Assembly (NCBI GenBank): GCA_041658605.1
Contig: JBAZZU010000009.1
Span: 6,032 to 70,031 of the forward strand
DNA: 64,000 bases
Origin: Thermoleophilia bacterium
GTDB taxonomy: Bacteria > Actinomycetota > Thermoleophilia > BMS3ABIN01
Direction of reading: 5' to 3'
The translations under genes and the position numbers were made by a program. Positions within the stretch are counted from its first letter, which is position 1. Each line of letters begins with the position of its first letter. Of the stretch, positions 17,987 to 26,155 are shown piece after piece. The notes below the pieces were generated by a model. It ran no database searches and was not told the origin of the DNA. It saw only the letters and a program-made list of their open reading frames with translations.

Positions 17987-19694
17987 CGAGATACTCCAGA
18001 AGGTCGTCCAGCAGGAAAGGTCTGCCGTCGTATTTGTTCAGCAGGTGGGTGAACTCGTATCCGGTCTCCATGCGGACCAGCCGCGCGAACTGGGAGGTGG
18101 CGTTGTTCTCAACGCAGACGGTACGTCCGGCGTTGCGCAGAACAGCAAGGTAATCAAATTCTTCCGTACCTGGAAAAGGCCAGATCTGGCTGAAGTGCAG
18201 CATGGCTATTTTATGACTTTTCTGCATTACGTCAACCACTTCCTTCATGACTCCATAAGTAGAGCCCCAGCCGGTGATTACCGTCTCGGGATCGTCGGAA
18301 CCGTAGAGCAGCGGCGGTTCGATCTCCTTGCGGATCAGCGGCATCTTTTTCAGCAGGCGTTTCTCGACCATGCGGACCCGCGTTTCGGCGTCTTCCACGA
18401 GATGCCCGTCCTCGTCGTGTTCGTCGCTGTCGGTCACGACCAGGTGTCTGGAAGCGCCCGGTTCGGCCAGCGGTGATACCCCTGTTTCCGTGTACGCATG
18501 CCGTTTGTATTCATCCATGCCGGCGAGGACGTCCGCCCGCAGCCGGTAATCCACATATTTGATGCGCGAAGCGTCCAGGCTGTCCAGCGTCCACTCCGAA
18601 TCGACGAGGTACTGGTCGGAAATGATGATGGCGGGAACCTGGTATTTCTCGGCCAGGTCAAAAGCCTTGCCAGTCAGATAAAAGGACTGCTCGGGGCTGC
18701 CGGGCGCCATGATGATGCGGGGGAACTCCCCATGAGCCGCGTTGAGCACGTAGAGCAGGTCACCCTGTTCGGTGCGCGTGGGCAGGCCGGTGGCCGGCGC
18801 CGGCCTCTGTCCGACGAAGATGACAACCGGCGTTTCCGTCATCCCGGCCAGCGACAGGCCCTCGACCATGAGGGCGAAGCCGCCGCCCGCCGAGCCGGTC
18901 ATCGACCTGACGCCCGCGTAGGAGGCGCCGATCGCCATGTTGACGGCGGCGATCTCGTCCTCGGCCTGCTCTACCACAAGACTGTACTCCGTGCTTTTTT
19001 CGGCCATGAAATTAAGGATGCCGGTGGACGGCGTCATCGGATATGCGGCATAGAACCTGCAGCCGCTCATCAGTGCTCCCAGGCCGACCGCCGAGGCGCC
19101 GTCGAGCAGCATGCGCCGGCTCTTTTCCGGCGCGGACGGCACCACAAATCTGCATTGAGAGCAATGGCGGCTGGCGTATTGCGATCCGGCTTCGGCCGCG
19201 GCGATGTTCTGGTCGACGACCTCCTGCCCCTTCCTGCCGAAGGTCTCATTCAGGAGCTCTTTCAGAAGGTCCAGGTCCATTTCCAGCATCCCCATAACCG
19301 CGCCGACAGCGACCGTATTTTCCATCAGCCTTACGCCGGCGCTGTCGATGGCGATTTTTCTGAAGGGGATATCGAGGAACTCCGGGGCCTCGTAGCGCTC
19401 CTTGATGGTTTCCGCGTCGTATATGGCAAGTCCGCCGGGGGTCAGCGCGCCGCGATGCAGCTCGGCCGTGTTTTTATCCAGGGCAATCAGGATATCAACC
19501 AGCCGGCGTGACGAACTTACCGGGCCGTCGGCGAAGCGCACCTGATAATAATTATGGCCGCCCCGGATGCGCGACATGTAGTCCTGATGGGTGAAGACCT
19601 CGAACCCGTGCCGCGCGAAGAGCTTCGCCAGCACGGCGCCGATTGTCTGGAGCCCCTGGCCCGCCTGCCCGCCTATCCGTATCGTGTAATCCAT
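17979..19694 (-). CDS. 2-oxoacid:ferredoxin oxidoreductase fused gamma-alpha subunit
   Basis: N-terminal gamma-like domain (GGQAGQG) fused to the pyruvate/2-oxoglutarate flavodoxin/ferredoxin oxidoreductase alpha domain, about 571 aa. Confidence 0.75.
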   Translation of the reverse strand: MDYTIRIGGQAGQGLQTIGAVLAKLFARHGFEVFTHQDYMSRIRGGHNYYQVRFADGPVSSSRRLVDILIALDKNTAELHRGALTPGGLAIYDAETIKERYEAPEFLDIPFRKIAIDSAGVRLMENTVAVGAVMGMLEMDLDLLKELLNETFGRKGQEVVDQNIAAAEAGSQYASRHCSQCRFVVPSAPEKSRRMLLDGASAVGLGALMSGCRFYAAYPMTPSTGILNFMAEKSTEYSLVVEQAEDEIAAVNMAIGASYAGVRSMTGSAGGGFALMVEGLSLAGMTETPVVIFVGQRPAPATGLPTRTEQGDLLYVLNAAHGEFPRIIMAPGSPEQSFYLTGKAFDLAEKYQVPAIIISDQYLVDSEWTLDSLDASRIKYVDYRLRADVLAGMDEYKRHAYTETGVSPLAEPGASRHLVVTDSDEHDEDGHLVEDAETRVRMVEKRLLKKMPLIRKEIEPPLLYGSDDPETVITGWGSTYGVMKEVVDVMQKSHKIAMLHFSQIWPFPGTEEFDYLAVLRNAGRTVCVENNATSQFARLVRMETGYEFTHLLNKYDGRPFLLDDLLEYLDA

Positions 19695-19745
19695 GTCTTA
19701 TGATTAATTTCCTGTAAGCGGCCCGGTTAAACTTATATAGATACT

Positions 19746-21008
19746 TTAATGCGCCGCGCAGGAGACGCAGGGGTCATACGCGCGGACCAGGCATTCGATG
19801 CCCTCTATCAAACGGGAGGGCTCCCAGTCCCGGCGCGCGTCGACAAAATGGTTGATATCATCCTCGATATTTGTCAGATTCTGGGCGGTCGGGGTTATTA
19901 TGTTGTCGTCAGCGATGAGCCCTTCGGCGTCAAGCGTATACGAATGGTAGAGGGTGCCACGAGGCGCCTCGGTCGCCGCCACGCCGGTACCGGCTCGCAC
20001 CTGGATCTCTCCGGGCGTGGGATCACTGTCGAGGCCGGTTTCGAGCAGGCCGTCGATCAGGCTGATCGATTCCACCATGGCGTGCACCAGCTCCACGGAC
20101 TGACAGAAGCTGTTGAGGAATGTGTTGTAATTCGGGAAGGCATGGCCTGATTCGTCCAGTATGCTTCTGGCGCTGTCCTCCAGGAGCTCGTGGTTCATGT
20201 TCACCCTCGCCAGGGCCCCGGTAAAAAACCCTCTGCCGGCATGGACGCCGGCTTTTGCCGCCGTGCCGGGTATGACTTTCTCGCGCAGCGTCGCGCAGAA
20301 GTCTTCGGGCGTTGAACAGTAGCCCTCGCTGGAACAGATATCACCGCCGTAATAGGCGTACTCTTTCTCATCATGGAGGGCCAGATATGTGGTCTTGCGG
20401 GAAAAGTCCGGCATCGACAGCCCACCCACTATGCGTGCAAGTCTGGCGGCTTCGGGCAAGGCTTCCTCAAGGCGCCTGCGCAGATCGGCGAGCCGGGTCA
20501 CGGGCGGCAGATGGCTGAAACCGCCGACCCTGGTCGTTATCGGGTGAACCGAGCGCCCGCCGATAACATTGACCATGTCGTTGCCGAGCTTTTTCAACAG
20601 CAGCGCCGATGCAACTTCATCGGGGTGCGTATTCGCCATGGTGAAGGCGCTCTCGGCGCCGAGGAAATCTGGCAGAACGAGGAAATAGACATGGAGCGAA
20701 TGGCTTTGTATCCATTGCGCCAGGATCATCAGCCGGCGGAGGCTGTCCGTGACTGGTCTGGTTTTGACATCGAGGGCGGCCTCCACGGCTTTGAGAGCCG
20801 TGACATTGTGGACCGACGGGCAGACACCGCAGATGCGTGAGGCGATCGTGGGCGCGTCGAAGAATTTGCGGCCCCGCAGAAGGCCCTCGAAAAGCCGCGC
20901 CCCCTCCTCGTACTTGAGTCTGGCGGAGTGAACCCGGCCTTCGGCCACCATCACGGTGAGCGACGCGTGACCTTCGATCCTGGTGACGTGTTCGAGTTTG
21001 ATCTTCAA
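19746..21008 (-). CDS. Cytoplasmic group-3 [NiFe]-hydrogenase large (alpha) subunit
   Basis: RICGVCP N-terminal and DPCVSCAAH C-terminal Ni-ligand motifs with no cleavable extension, about 420 aa. The start is TTG at 21006-21008, with an upstream in-frame stop and no obvious SD. Confidence 0.75.
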   Translation of the reverse strand: MKIKLEHVTRIEGHASLTVMVAEGRVHSARLKYEEGARLFEGLLRGRKFFDAPTIASRICGVCPSVHNVTALKAVEAALDVKTRPVTDSLRRLMILAQWIQSHSLHVYFLVLPDFLGAESAFTMANTHPDEVASALLLKKLGNDMVNVIGGRSVHPITTRVGGFSHLPPVTRLADLRRRLEEALPEAARLARIVGGLSMPDFSRKTTYLALHDEKEYAYYGGDICSSEGYCSTPEDFCATLREKVIPGTAAKAGVHAGRGFFTGALARVNMNHELLEDSARSILDESGHAFPNYNTFLNSFCQSVELVHAMVESISLIDGLLETGLDSDPTPGEIQVRAGTGVAATEAPRGTLYHSYTLDAEGLIADDNIITPTAQNLTNIEDDINHFVDARRDWEPSRLIEGIECLVRAYDPCVSCAAH

Positions 21009-21951
21009 TGAAAGCCGATTATGAAATGATTATCAATACCAACCATTCAAATATTTTTGTGCGGCTTGAAATACCCCCACCGAGGATTCATAAACAAAAA
21101 GAGGAAAAAAGAGCCACAAGGTGAAACAGGAATGATCATCCATTGCGTTCTATTTTGGCGCACCCAAGTAAGAACAAAGGCCTAAAATTCGAAAAACTCA
21201 AGTGTAAGTTAAGACTTTAGTGATAGCTCGCTGTATTCATACAAAGCTTCAAAAGGAAGTTGGCAATCCTTTTCGATTTGTTCGCGGCCACCCTCTTCTC
21301 GATCAACTAAAGCAAATGCCATTACGGGGTCTAAACCTTCGTCACGACACGTATTTATTGCTTTTATAATTGAACCACCACTGGTGACTACGTCATCAAC
21401 TATAGCTACACGCATACCCTTTTCAACAGGACCTTCTATCCAAAGATGAGTCCCATGTTTTTTCGGTTCTTTTCTTACAATAAAACCTGAAACTGGGTAG
21501 TTCATCAGGAAGCTGCAAGTAACAATGCCGGCTACTATTGGATCTGCTCCAATGGTTAGCCCACCGACATTATGGACATTTTTCTCTTGAAGCTTAAAAA
21601 CCAACAGCCTGGATAAAAGCGTTAGTCCTTCAGGATCTAGTGTTATCTTTTTGCAATCGAAGTAGTGATCGCTTTTTTTCCCGGATGAAAGCGTAAACTC
21701 ACCTTCTAGGTAGGCTTTTTCTCTGATGAGTTTACCTAAGCGTGATTTTATTGTTTCAAAATCGTTCAACTGGGGTTTTGCTGATTGGAAAGCATACTGT
21801 TTAATGGTGGCAGTATTTAATGCCAATTCAGCCTCCTCCTAGGGAATTTCTATCTTTTTAAGAGTATCTTAAAAAACTTGGCATGCCAAGGCTTCAGCTC
21901 ATATTGGTATTCTGTGCTAATAGTAGCAGCCCTTTAAAAAGCACACACACA
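21009..21951. other. AT-rich insertion (compositional island) between the hydrogenase delta and alpha genes
   Basis: Long A/T runs and AT-rich codons in the PRTase gene and both flanks, contrasting with GC-rich neighbours on each side. Confidence 0.6.
21209..21826 (-). CDS. Type I phosphoribosyltransferase (orotate-PRTase-like) encoded in an AT-rich insertion
   Basis: VAIVDDVVTSGGSI PRPP-binding motif. Gene and flanks (about 21010-21950) are visibly AT-rich against GC-rich surroundings. Confidence 0.6.
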   Translation of the reverse strand: MALNTATIKQYAFQSAKPQLNDFETIKSRLGKLIREKAYLEGEFTLSSGKKSDHYFDCKKITLDPEGLTLLSRLLVFKLQEKNVHNVGGLTIGADPIVAGIVTCSFLMNYPVSGFIVRKEPKKHGTHLWIEGPVEKGMRVAIVDDVVTSGGSIIKAINTCRDEGLDPVMAFALVDREEGGREQIEKDCQLPFEALYEYSELSLKS

Positions 21952-22755
21952 CTAATGATTTTCTTCGCGCCACTGATCGAAAAGCTCCTGGTATTCGGGC
22001 ACAAGGGAACAGTACTTCTGCAGCTTGCGGACGAGGTCGGGATACGTGGTATCGCGCGACATGATCTGAATAGCCGATTTCAGGTTCGGCTCCTCGGTCG
22101 GCCCGCGGCAGCCGTCACACGGAACTCCCATGGAAGGGCAGACTACTCCGCAACCGGCCCGCGTGATGGGTCCAAGGCATGGTTGCCTCTCGATCAGCAG
22201 GCAGCGGTTTTCCAGCACCTTGCATTCGACGCATTGTGGATAGGCTTTCAGCTGCGGTGTCCGCCCCGCGATCAGTGCGGTCAGTGTCTCCATGATCTCC
22301 CACTTGCTGGCGGGGCATCCCCGGAGCTGAAAATCGACGCGGACGTAGTTGGAAACAGGATATATTTCAAGAGTGTCCAGGTCCTCCATGCCCTTGTAGA
22401 CATACTTCTTCATGTCCTTGAGGTCATGGAAATGCTGTGCCGCCGGGACTCCGCCAAAGGAAGCGCAGCTTCCCAGCGCCACCAGCAGTTTCGAGTTGCG
22501 CCTGACGTCCCGCAACACCTCGGGCTCGAAGGACCTCGCGGGCACCCCTTCCACGAAGGCCACGTCGAAAGGGCCGTCGGTATTGTACGCCCTCGCCATG
22601 GGAAAGTGCAGGATGTCAACCGCACGGGCAATGGCAAGGAGGTCGTCCTCGAAGTTGAGGAACTCGAGCGCGCAGCCAGCGTCGGAGGTGAGCGAAAAGA
22701 TGCCGACCTTCAGCCTGCCCCGATGAGCCGCGGATGAACCGTCCCGGTATGTCAT
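21952..22755 (-). CDS. Group-3 [NiFe]-hydrogenase small (delta) subunit
   Basis: NuoB/hydrogenase-small-subunit-like Cys pattern (GSCASFGG, GCP, multiple CxxC). The ATG at 22755 overlaps the upstream gene stop as ATGA. Confidence 0.7.
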   Translation of the reverse strand: MTYRDGSSAAHRGRLKVGIFSLTSDAGCALEFLNFEDDLLAIARAVDILHFPMARAYNTDGPFDVAFVEGVPARSFEPEVLRDVRRNSKLLVALGSCASFGGVPAAQHFHDLKDMKKYVYKGMEDLDTLEIYPVSNYVRVDFQLRGCPASKWEIMETLTALIAGRTPQLKAYPQCVECKVLENRCLLIERQPCLGPITRAGCGVVCPSMGVPCDGCRGPTEEPNLKSAIQIMSRDTTYPDLVRKLQKYCSLVPEYQELFDQWREENH

Positions 22756-23615
22756 CTCAGCGCTGACGATATCCCCCTGATCTGTTCGATTGAAAGGACC
22801 GGCCCCTGGCGGCAGGTATAAAAACTCTCCACGACGCAATGCTCACACTTGCCGACGCCGCATCGCATGTTCCTCTCCAGGGATACATAGATCTGCGAAT
22901 CGGCAAAACCGATTTCCTGCAGCCGGTCGAGGACGAACCTGAACATCACCGGCGGACCGCAGATCAGCACCTGCGTATCGATCGGCGAGAGGTCGACGAC
23001 ATCGAAAAGCGAGGTGATGAGGCCGGTTCTTCCATGCCAGTCCGGCGTGGCCTCCTCGACGGCAATCTCAAGGCGGCAGCACTGGCGCCACTCTTCATAT
23101 TCGTCCCGGAAAAGCAGCTGGTCCGGGCTTCTGGCTCCATACAGCACCGTCAGCCCTCCGAATTCCTTTTCCAGGCAGACGGCGTTCTTTATGGCGCTTC
23201 GCAGGGGGGAAAGGCCGATGCCTCCGGCGATAAAGACCAGGTTCTGGCCACCCATTTCTGAAAGGGGAAAGCCCCGTCCGTAGGGTCCCCTCACCCAGAC
23301 CGTATCGTCCTGCGCGAGCCGGTGCAGGGCCCGGGTGACATTGCCGGTCTCACGCACGCAAAGCTCGAATGTTCCCTTCTGGGTCGGCGGTGAGCATATC
23401 GCGAAGGGCGCCTCGCCGATGCCCAGCAGGGATGTCTGAACGAACTGGCCGGCGGAGAACGAAAATGACTCGCGTAGCTGCGGGTCCTTGAACTGCAGCA
23501 CGAAGTGACGGTTCCCGGGTGTAAGCAGCCGTGTTTCCAGCACCCGCGCCGGGCTGGGGATATACTCGTTCAGCCGCGTTTCCCCGAAAGAGTTACCCGC
23601 AGCTTCAGCGTCCAT
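22752..23615 (-). CDS. Hydrogenase gamma subunit: FAD/NAD(P)-binding oxidoreductase with C-terminal [2Fe-2S] (HydG-like)
   Basis: Ferredoxin-NADP-reductase-like fold motifs plus C-terminal CGVGKCEHC cluster, as in sulfhydrogenase gamma and PyrK-like subunits. Confidence 0.7.
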   Translation of the reverse strand: MDAEAAGNSFGETRLNEYIPSPARVLETRLLTPGNRHFVLQFKDPQLRESFSFSAGQFVQTSLLGIGEAPFAICSPPTQKGTFELCVRETGNVTRALHRLAQDDTVWVRGPYGRGFPLSEMGGQNLVFIAGGIGLSPLRSAIKNAVCLEKEFGGLTVLYGARSPDQLLFRDEYEEWRQCCRLEIAVEEATPDWHGRTGLITSLFDVVDLSPIDTQVLICGPPVMFRFVLDRLQEIGFADSQIYVSLERNMRCGVGKCEHCVVESFYTCRQGPVLSIEQIRGISSALR

Positions 23616-24711
23616 CGGTCACCTCCAGCACGCTTTTGATAACCTGGCGCGGATCTATCGCCGCGGGGCAGAAATGGAAGCAGGCGCCGCAGCCCGAGCA
23701 GCCGGCGCGATCGAACGTTTCCTGCATCCTCATGAACTTGTGTGAGAAGCGGTACCAGATGCGCTCGGATCGGGCCTCGCGGAAGTTATGGCCGCCGGCA
23801 ACGCGCGCAAAACCGATGAGCTGGCAAGAATCCCAATGCCTCAGCCGGTGTCCGGCGGTCGGGTCCAGGCCGGTCTCGTCCCGGGTATAGAAGCAGTAAC
23901 ACAGGGGGCAGACAATGGTGCAGTTGCCGCATCCCAGGCAGCGGTCGGCCAGTTCATCCCACATGACGGCCCCCATCGACTGTCTGATCTTTTCCGGCAG
24001 CGCCGCCAGGGGCCAGCGTATCTCGTTCCCGCTTTCTTCACCGGGAGGCGCCGAAATCCCGGCAGGTTCCTCCAGGACACTCACGGGAGCGCCGGCGACA
24101 AGCCTGGCGCCGGCCTCTGTGCCGACGATCATGCGCAGGTCGCCGTTTGATGCCCCCATGGACGCCGGCACAAGGAAAAGGTCAAAATCGCCCGGACCCA
24201 CATGATCATGACCTGTTTTTTCACAGAAACATCCTTCTGTGCGTTCGCAGGGAACACCGATGGTGATCGTTCTGCGACGCCGCTCCATGAACGGGAAGTC
24301 AGGCCGGTCGTTCTCCATGACGGTGGCAAGCAGCCTGTCGGCGGAAAGCTCGCAGACATGGAGGCCGAACAGGATGGTATCTTCCGCGTGGAGGTCCTGC
24401 AGAAGAGAGCCGCCCTCAAAGCTGAAAAGTGTCTCCGACGGTGGCAGTAATGCCTTTTTGAAGGGAATCACAGTCCGGCTTTGAGGGAGGTCGACACCTG
24501 TGAGGCCCAACGGCGACACATCCTCGAAGATACGGTTACCGGCCTTGTACGACGGCACCAGCACCCTGTAGTCGGATGAAAGATCCATCAGCCACCGCCG
24601 CAACTCCGGCGGCAGGGTGCTTCCCGGAAAGATGTTTCCCGCTTTTTTGACCATCCACAGCCTTTCATCCGGTTTATTCATCGTGCTGCTTCGTGTTGGC
24701 GTCGTACACAA
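23605..24711 (-). CDS. Hydrogenase beta subunit: 4Fe-4S protein (HydB / AsrA-like)
   Basis: CLGCGNCTIVCPLCYC and CSGCGACFHFCP ferredoxin-type motifs. First gene of the beta-gamma-delta-alpha set. The true start may be the internal ATG at 24681. Confidence 0.65.
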   Translation of the reverse strand: MCTTPTRSSTMNKPDERLWMVKKAGNIFPGSTLPPELRRWLMDLSSDYRVLVPSYKAGNRIFEDVSPLGLTGVDLPQSRTVIPFKKALLPPSETLFSFEGGSLLQDLHAEDTILFGLHVCELSADRLLATVMENDRPDFPFMERRRRTITIGVPCERTEGCFCEKTGHDHVGPGDFDLFLVPASMGASNGDLRMIVGTEAGARLVAGAPVSVLEEPAGISAPPGEESGNEIRWPLAALPEKIRQSMGAVMWDELADRCLGCGNCTIVCPLCYCFYTRDETGLDPTAGHRLRHWDSCQLIGFARVAGGHNFREARSERIWYRFSHKFMRMQETFDRAGCSGCGACFHFCPAAIDPRQVIKSVLEVTDGR

Positions 24712-24844
24712 ACCGGATTAAGTCGCCAGCCGCCCTTCGCGTCACATGTATACTCATATCCCCACAATTCCCTCCACATACTCACTTGAATAAATAAATT
24801 TCTCAAGCGAGACTTTCTGAACCGGCTCGGGGTAAAATAAAAAC

Positions 24845-25030
24845 ATGGATATCAGCGAAGACATCATTTCAAAGGCCGTTGAGGAAGAATTCCATAAATG
24901 CGATATCTGTGGTTACAGGCGCGGCTTTCATAGTTCCTTCCAGCGTAGCAAAGAAGGCTGCGACATAATCCTGATCTGCCCGGAATGCGGTCAGCGATAC
25001 CGGGTGGGGTGGACCGCGAAGCTCGACTGA
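24845..25030 (+). CDS. Small zinc-ribbon protein
   Basis: 61 aa with CDICG...CPECG (two CxxC pairs). Confidence 0.4.
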   Translation: MDISEDIISKAVEEEFHKCDICGYRRGFHSSFQRSKEGCDIILICPECGQRYRVGWTAKLD

Positions 25031-25118
25031 CAGCACGCGCCCGGTCCGGCCAGCCCCCCCATTGGCAGGAAAATCGGCAAAGAATCGGAATAATCAGCCA
25101 GACAACGGGAGGTTACTT

Positions 25119-25298
25119 ATGAAAAGCGATCGCGCAAATATCATGGCTGTGGTCCAGATCATGTTCGGGATCATCATCTTCACCAGCTCGTTCTGGCTTG
25201 GGGACGGGCAGAAGGGAACAGCCCTCTTTATCTATGGCTTTGTCACCGTGCTGCTGGGTGTAGTCACAGGTGTGCTGGCCACGTCGAGGAAGCAGTAG
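25119..25298 (+). CDS. Small membrane protein (2 TM)
   Basis: Internal ATG at 25119 preceded by GGGAGGT. Two hydrophobic helices. Confidence 0.3.
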   Translation: MKSDRANIMAVVQIMFGIIIFTSSFWLGDGQKGTALFIYGFVTVLLGVVTGVLATSRKQ

Positions 25299-25557
25299 AG
25301 TCTGGCCGAAAGGCCTCCAGTCTCTCCGGCGTCTGGTGTCCGGACTGGACTGGATGAAAACAGTTATCTTGACACATTCCAAAAACACGTGGGATAATAA
25401 CGCATACCCGTAGGGGTAAGACTGATGATTTTTACCAGCTAAGGGTAAATCCTGGCTGTATTGGTACCTCGAAAAGGCACTAATTCATGGATTGCCGGAC
25501 CCCGGACAGAAAAAATACGCTCGAATCGACTTTCGTGAGGATTCAGAAGGCAAGGTG

Positions 25558-25845
25558 ATGGTCGCGGTTGCAAAGACAGACACAGAAAAGGTAATCAACA
25601 GGCTTCGCCGCATTGAAGGCCAGGTTCGCGGTCTTCAGAGGATGATTTCCGAAGAAAAGCGGTGTGAAGACGTACTGACACAGCTTGCGGCTACGAGGGC
25701 GGCCCTGGATCGCGTGGGCGTCTACCTCATCAGCAACCGCATGAAGGACTGTCTAAAGAACAGCACGGAAGAGCTGGGGCTGGAGGAAGTGGCTGTCGAA
25801 GAGGCTTTCGAGATCTTCATGAAATACATCCAGCATGTAAAGTAG
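25558..25845 (+). CDS. CsoR/RcnR/FrmR-family metal-sensing transcriptional repressor
   Basis: About 95 aa from ATG 25558. INRLRRIEGQVRGLQRMI...C...H pattern typical of the CsoR-RcnR (DUF156) family. Confidence 0.6.
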   Translation: MVAVAKTDTEKVINRLRRIEGQVRGLQRMISEEKRCEDVLTQLAATRAALDRVGVYLISNRMKDCLKNSTEELGLEEVAVEEAFEIFMKYIQHVK

Positions 25846-26155
25846 GCGGGTGTTGAGCGGTCCGGGATTTCCGCGGACATGGGTTGTGATGGAAAAAACG
25901 AGATCGTGTCTGGCCGGCCGCCCGAGGAGGCGGCTTTTATATTTTTACCGACCGGTCATCGCGACGGCCCTCTCTAAGACTCCAATTCGGAGGAAGCAAA
26001 GCCGCAGGTGGCGAACATTTATCCAGGCGCAGGCGTAACGGCCGCGCGCTATGGTATCATTTCATCTGCAACAGGAAAGTTTGAAGAACACGGTTTCTGC
26101 CCCGCACAAGGGCATCCAGGAAATCCATTGAACTCATTTAAGGCGGAAATCCCCA

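Noticed and set aside
18498-19511. 337-aa ORF on the plus strand
   Set aside because: Antisense to the OFOR alpha/gamma gene, which has clear domain motifs. Shadow ORF.
21883-22737. 284-aa ORF on the plus strand
   Set aside because: Antisense to the hydrogenase delta-subunit gene. It starts inside the AT-rich island but its body is a shadow of hydD.
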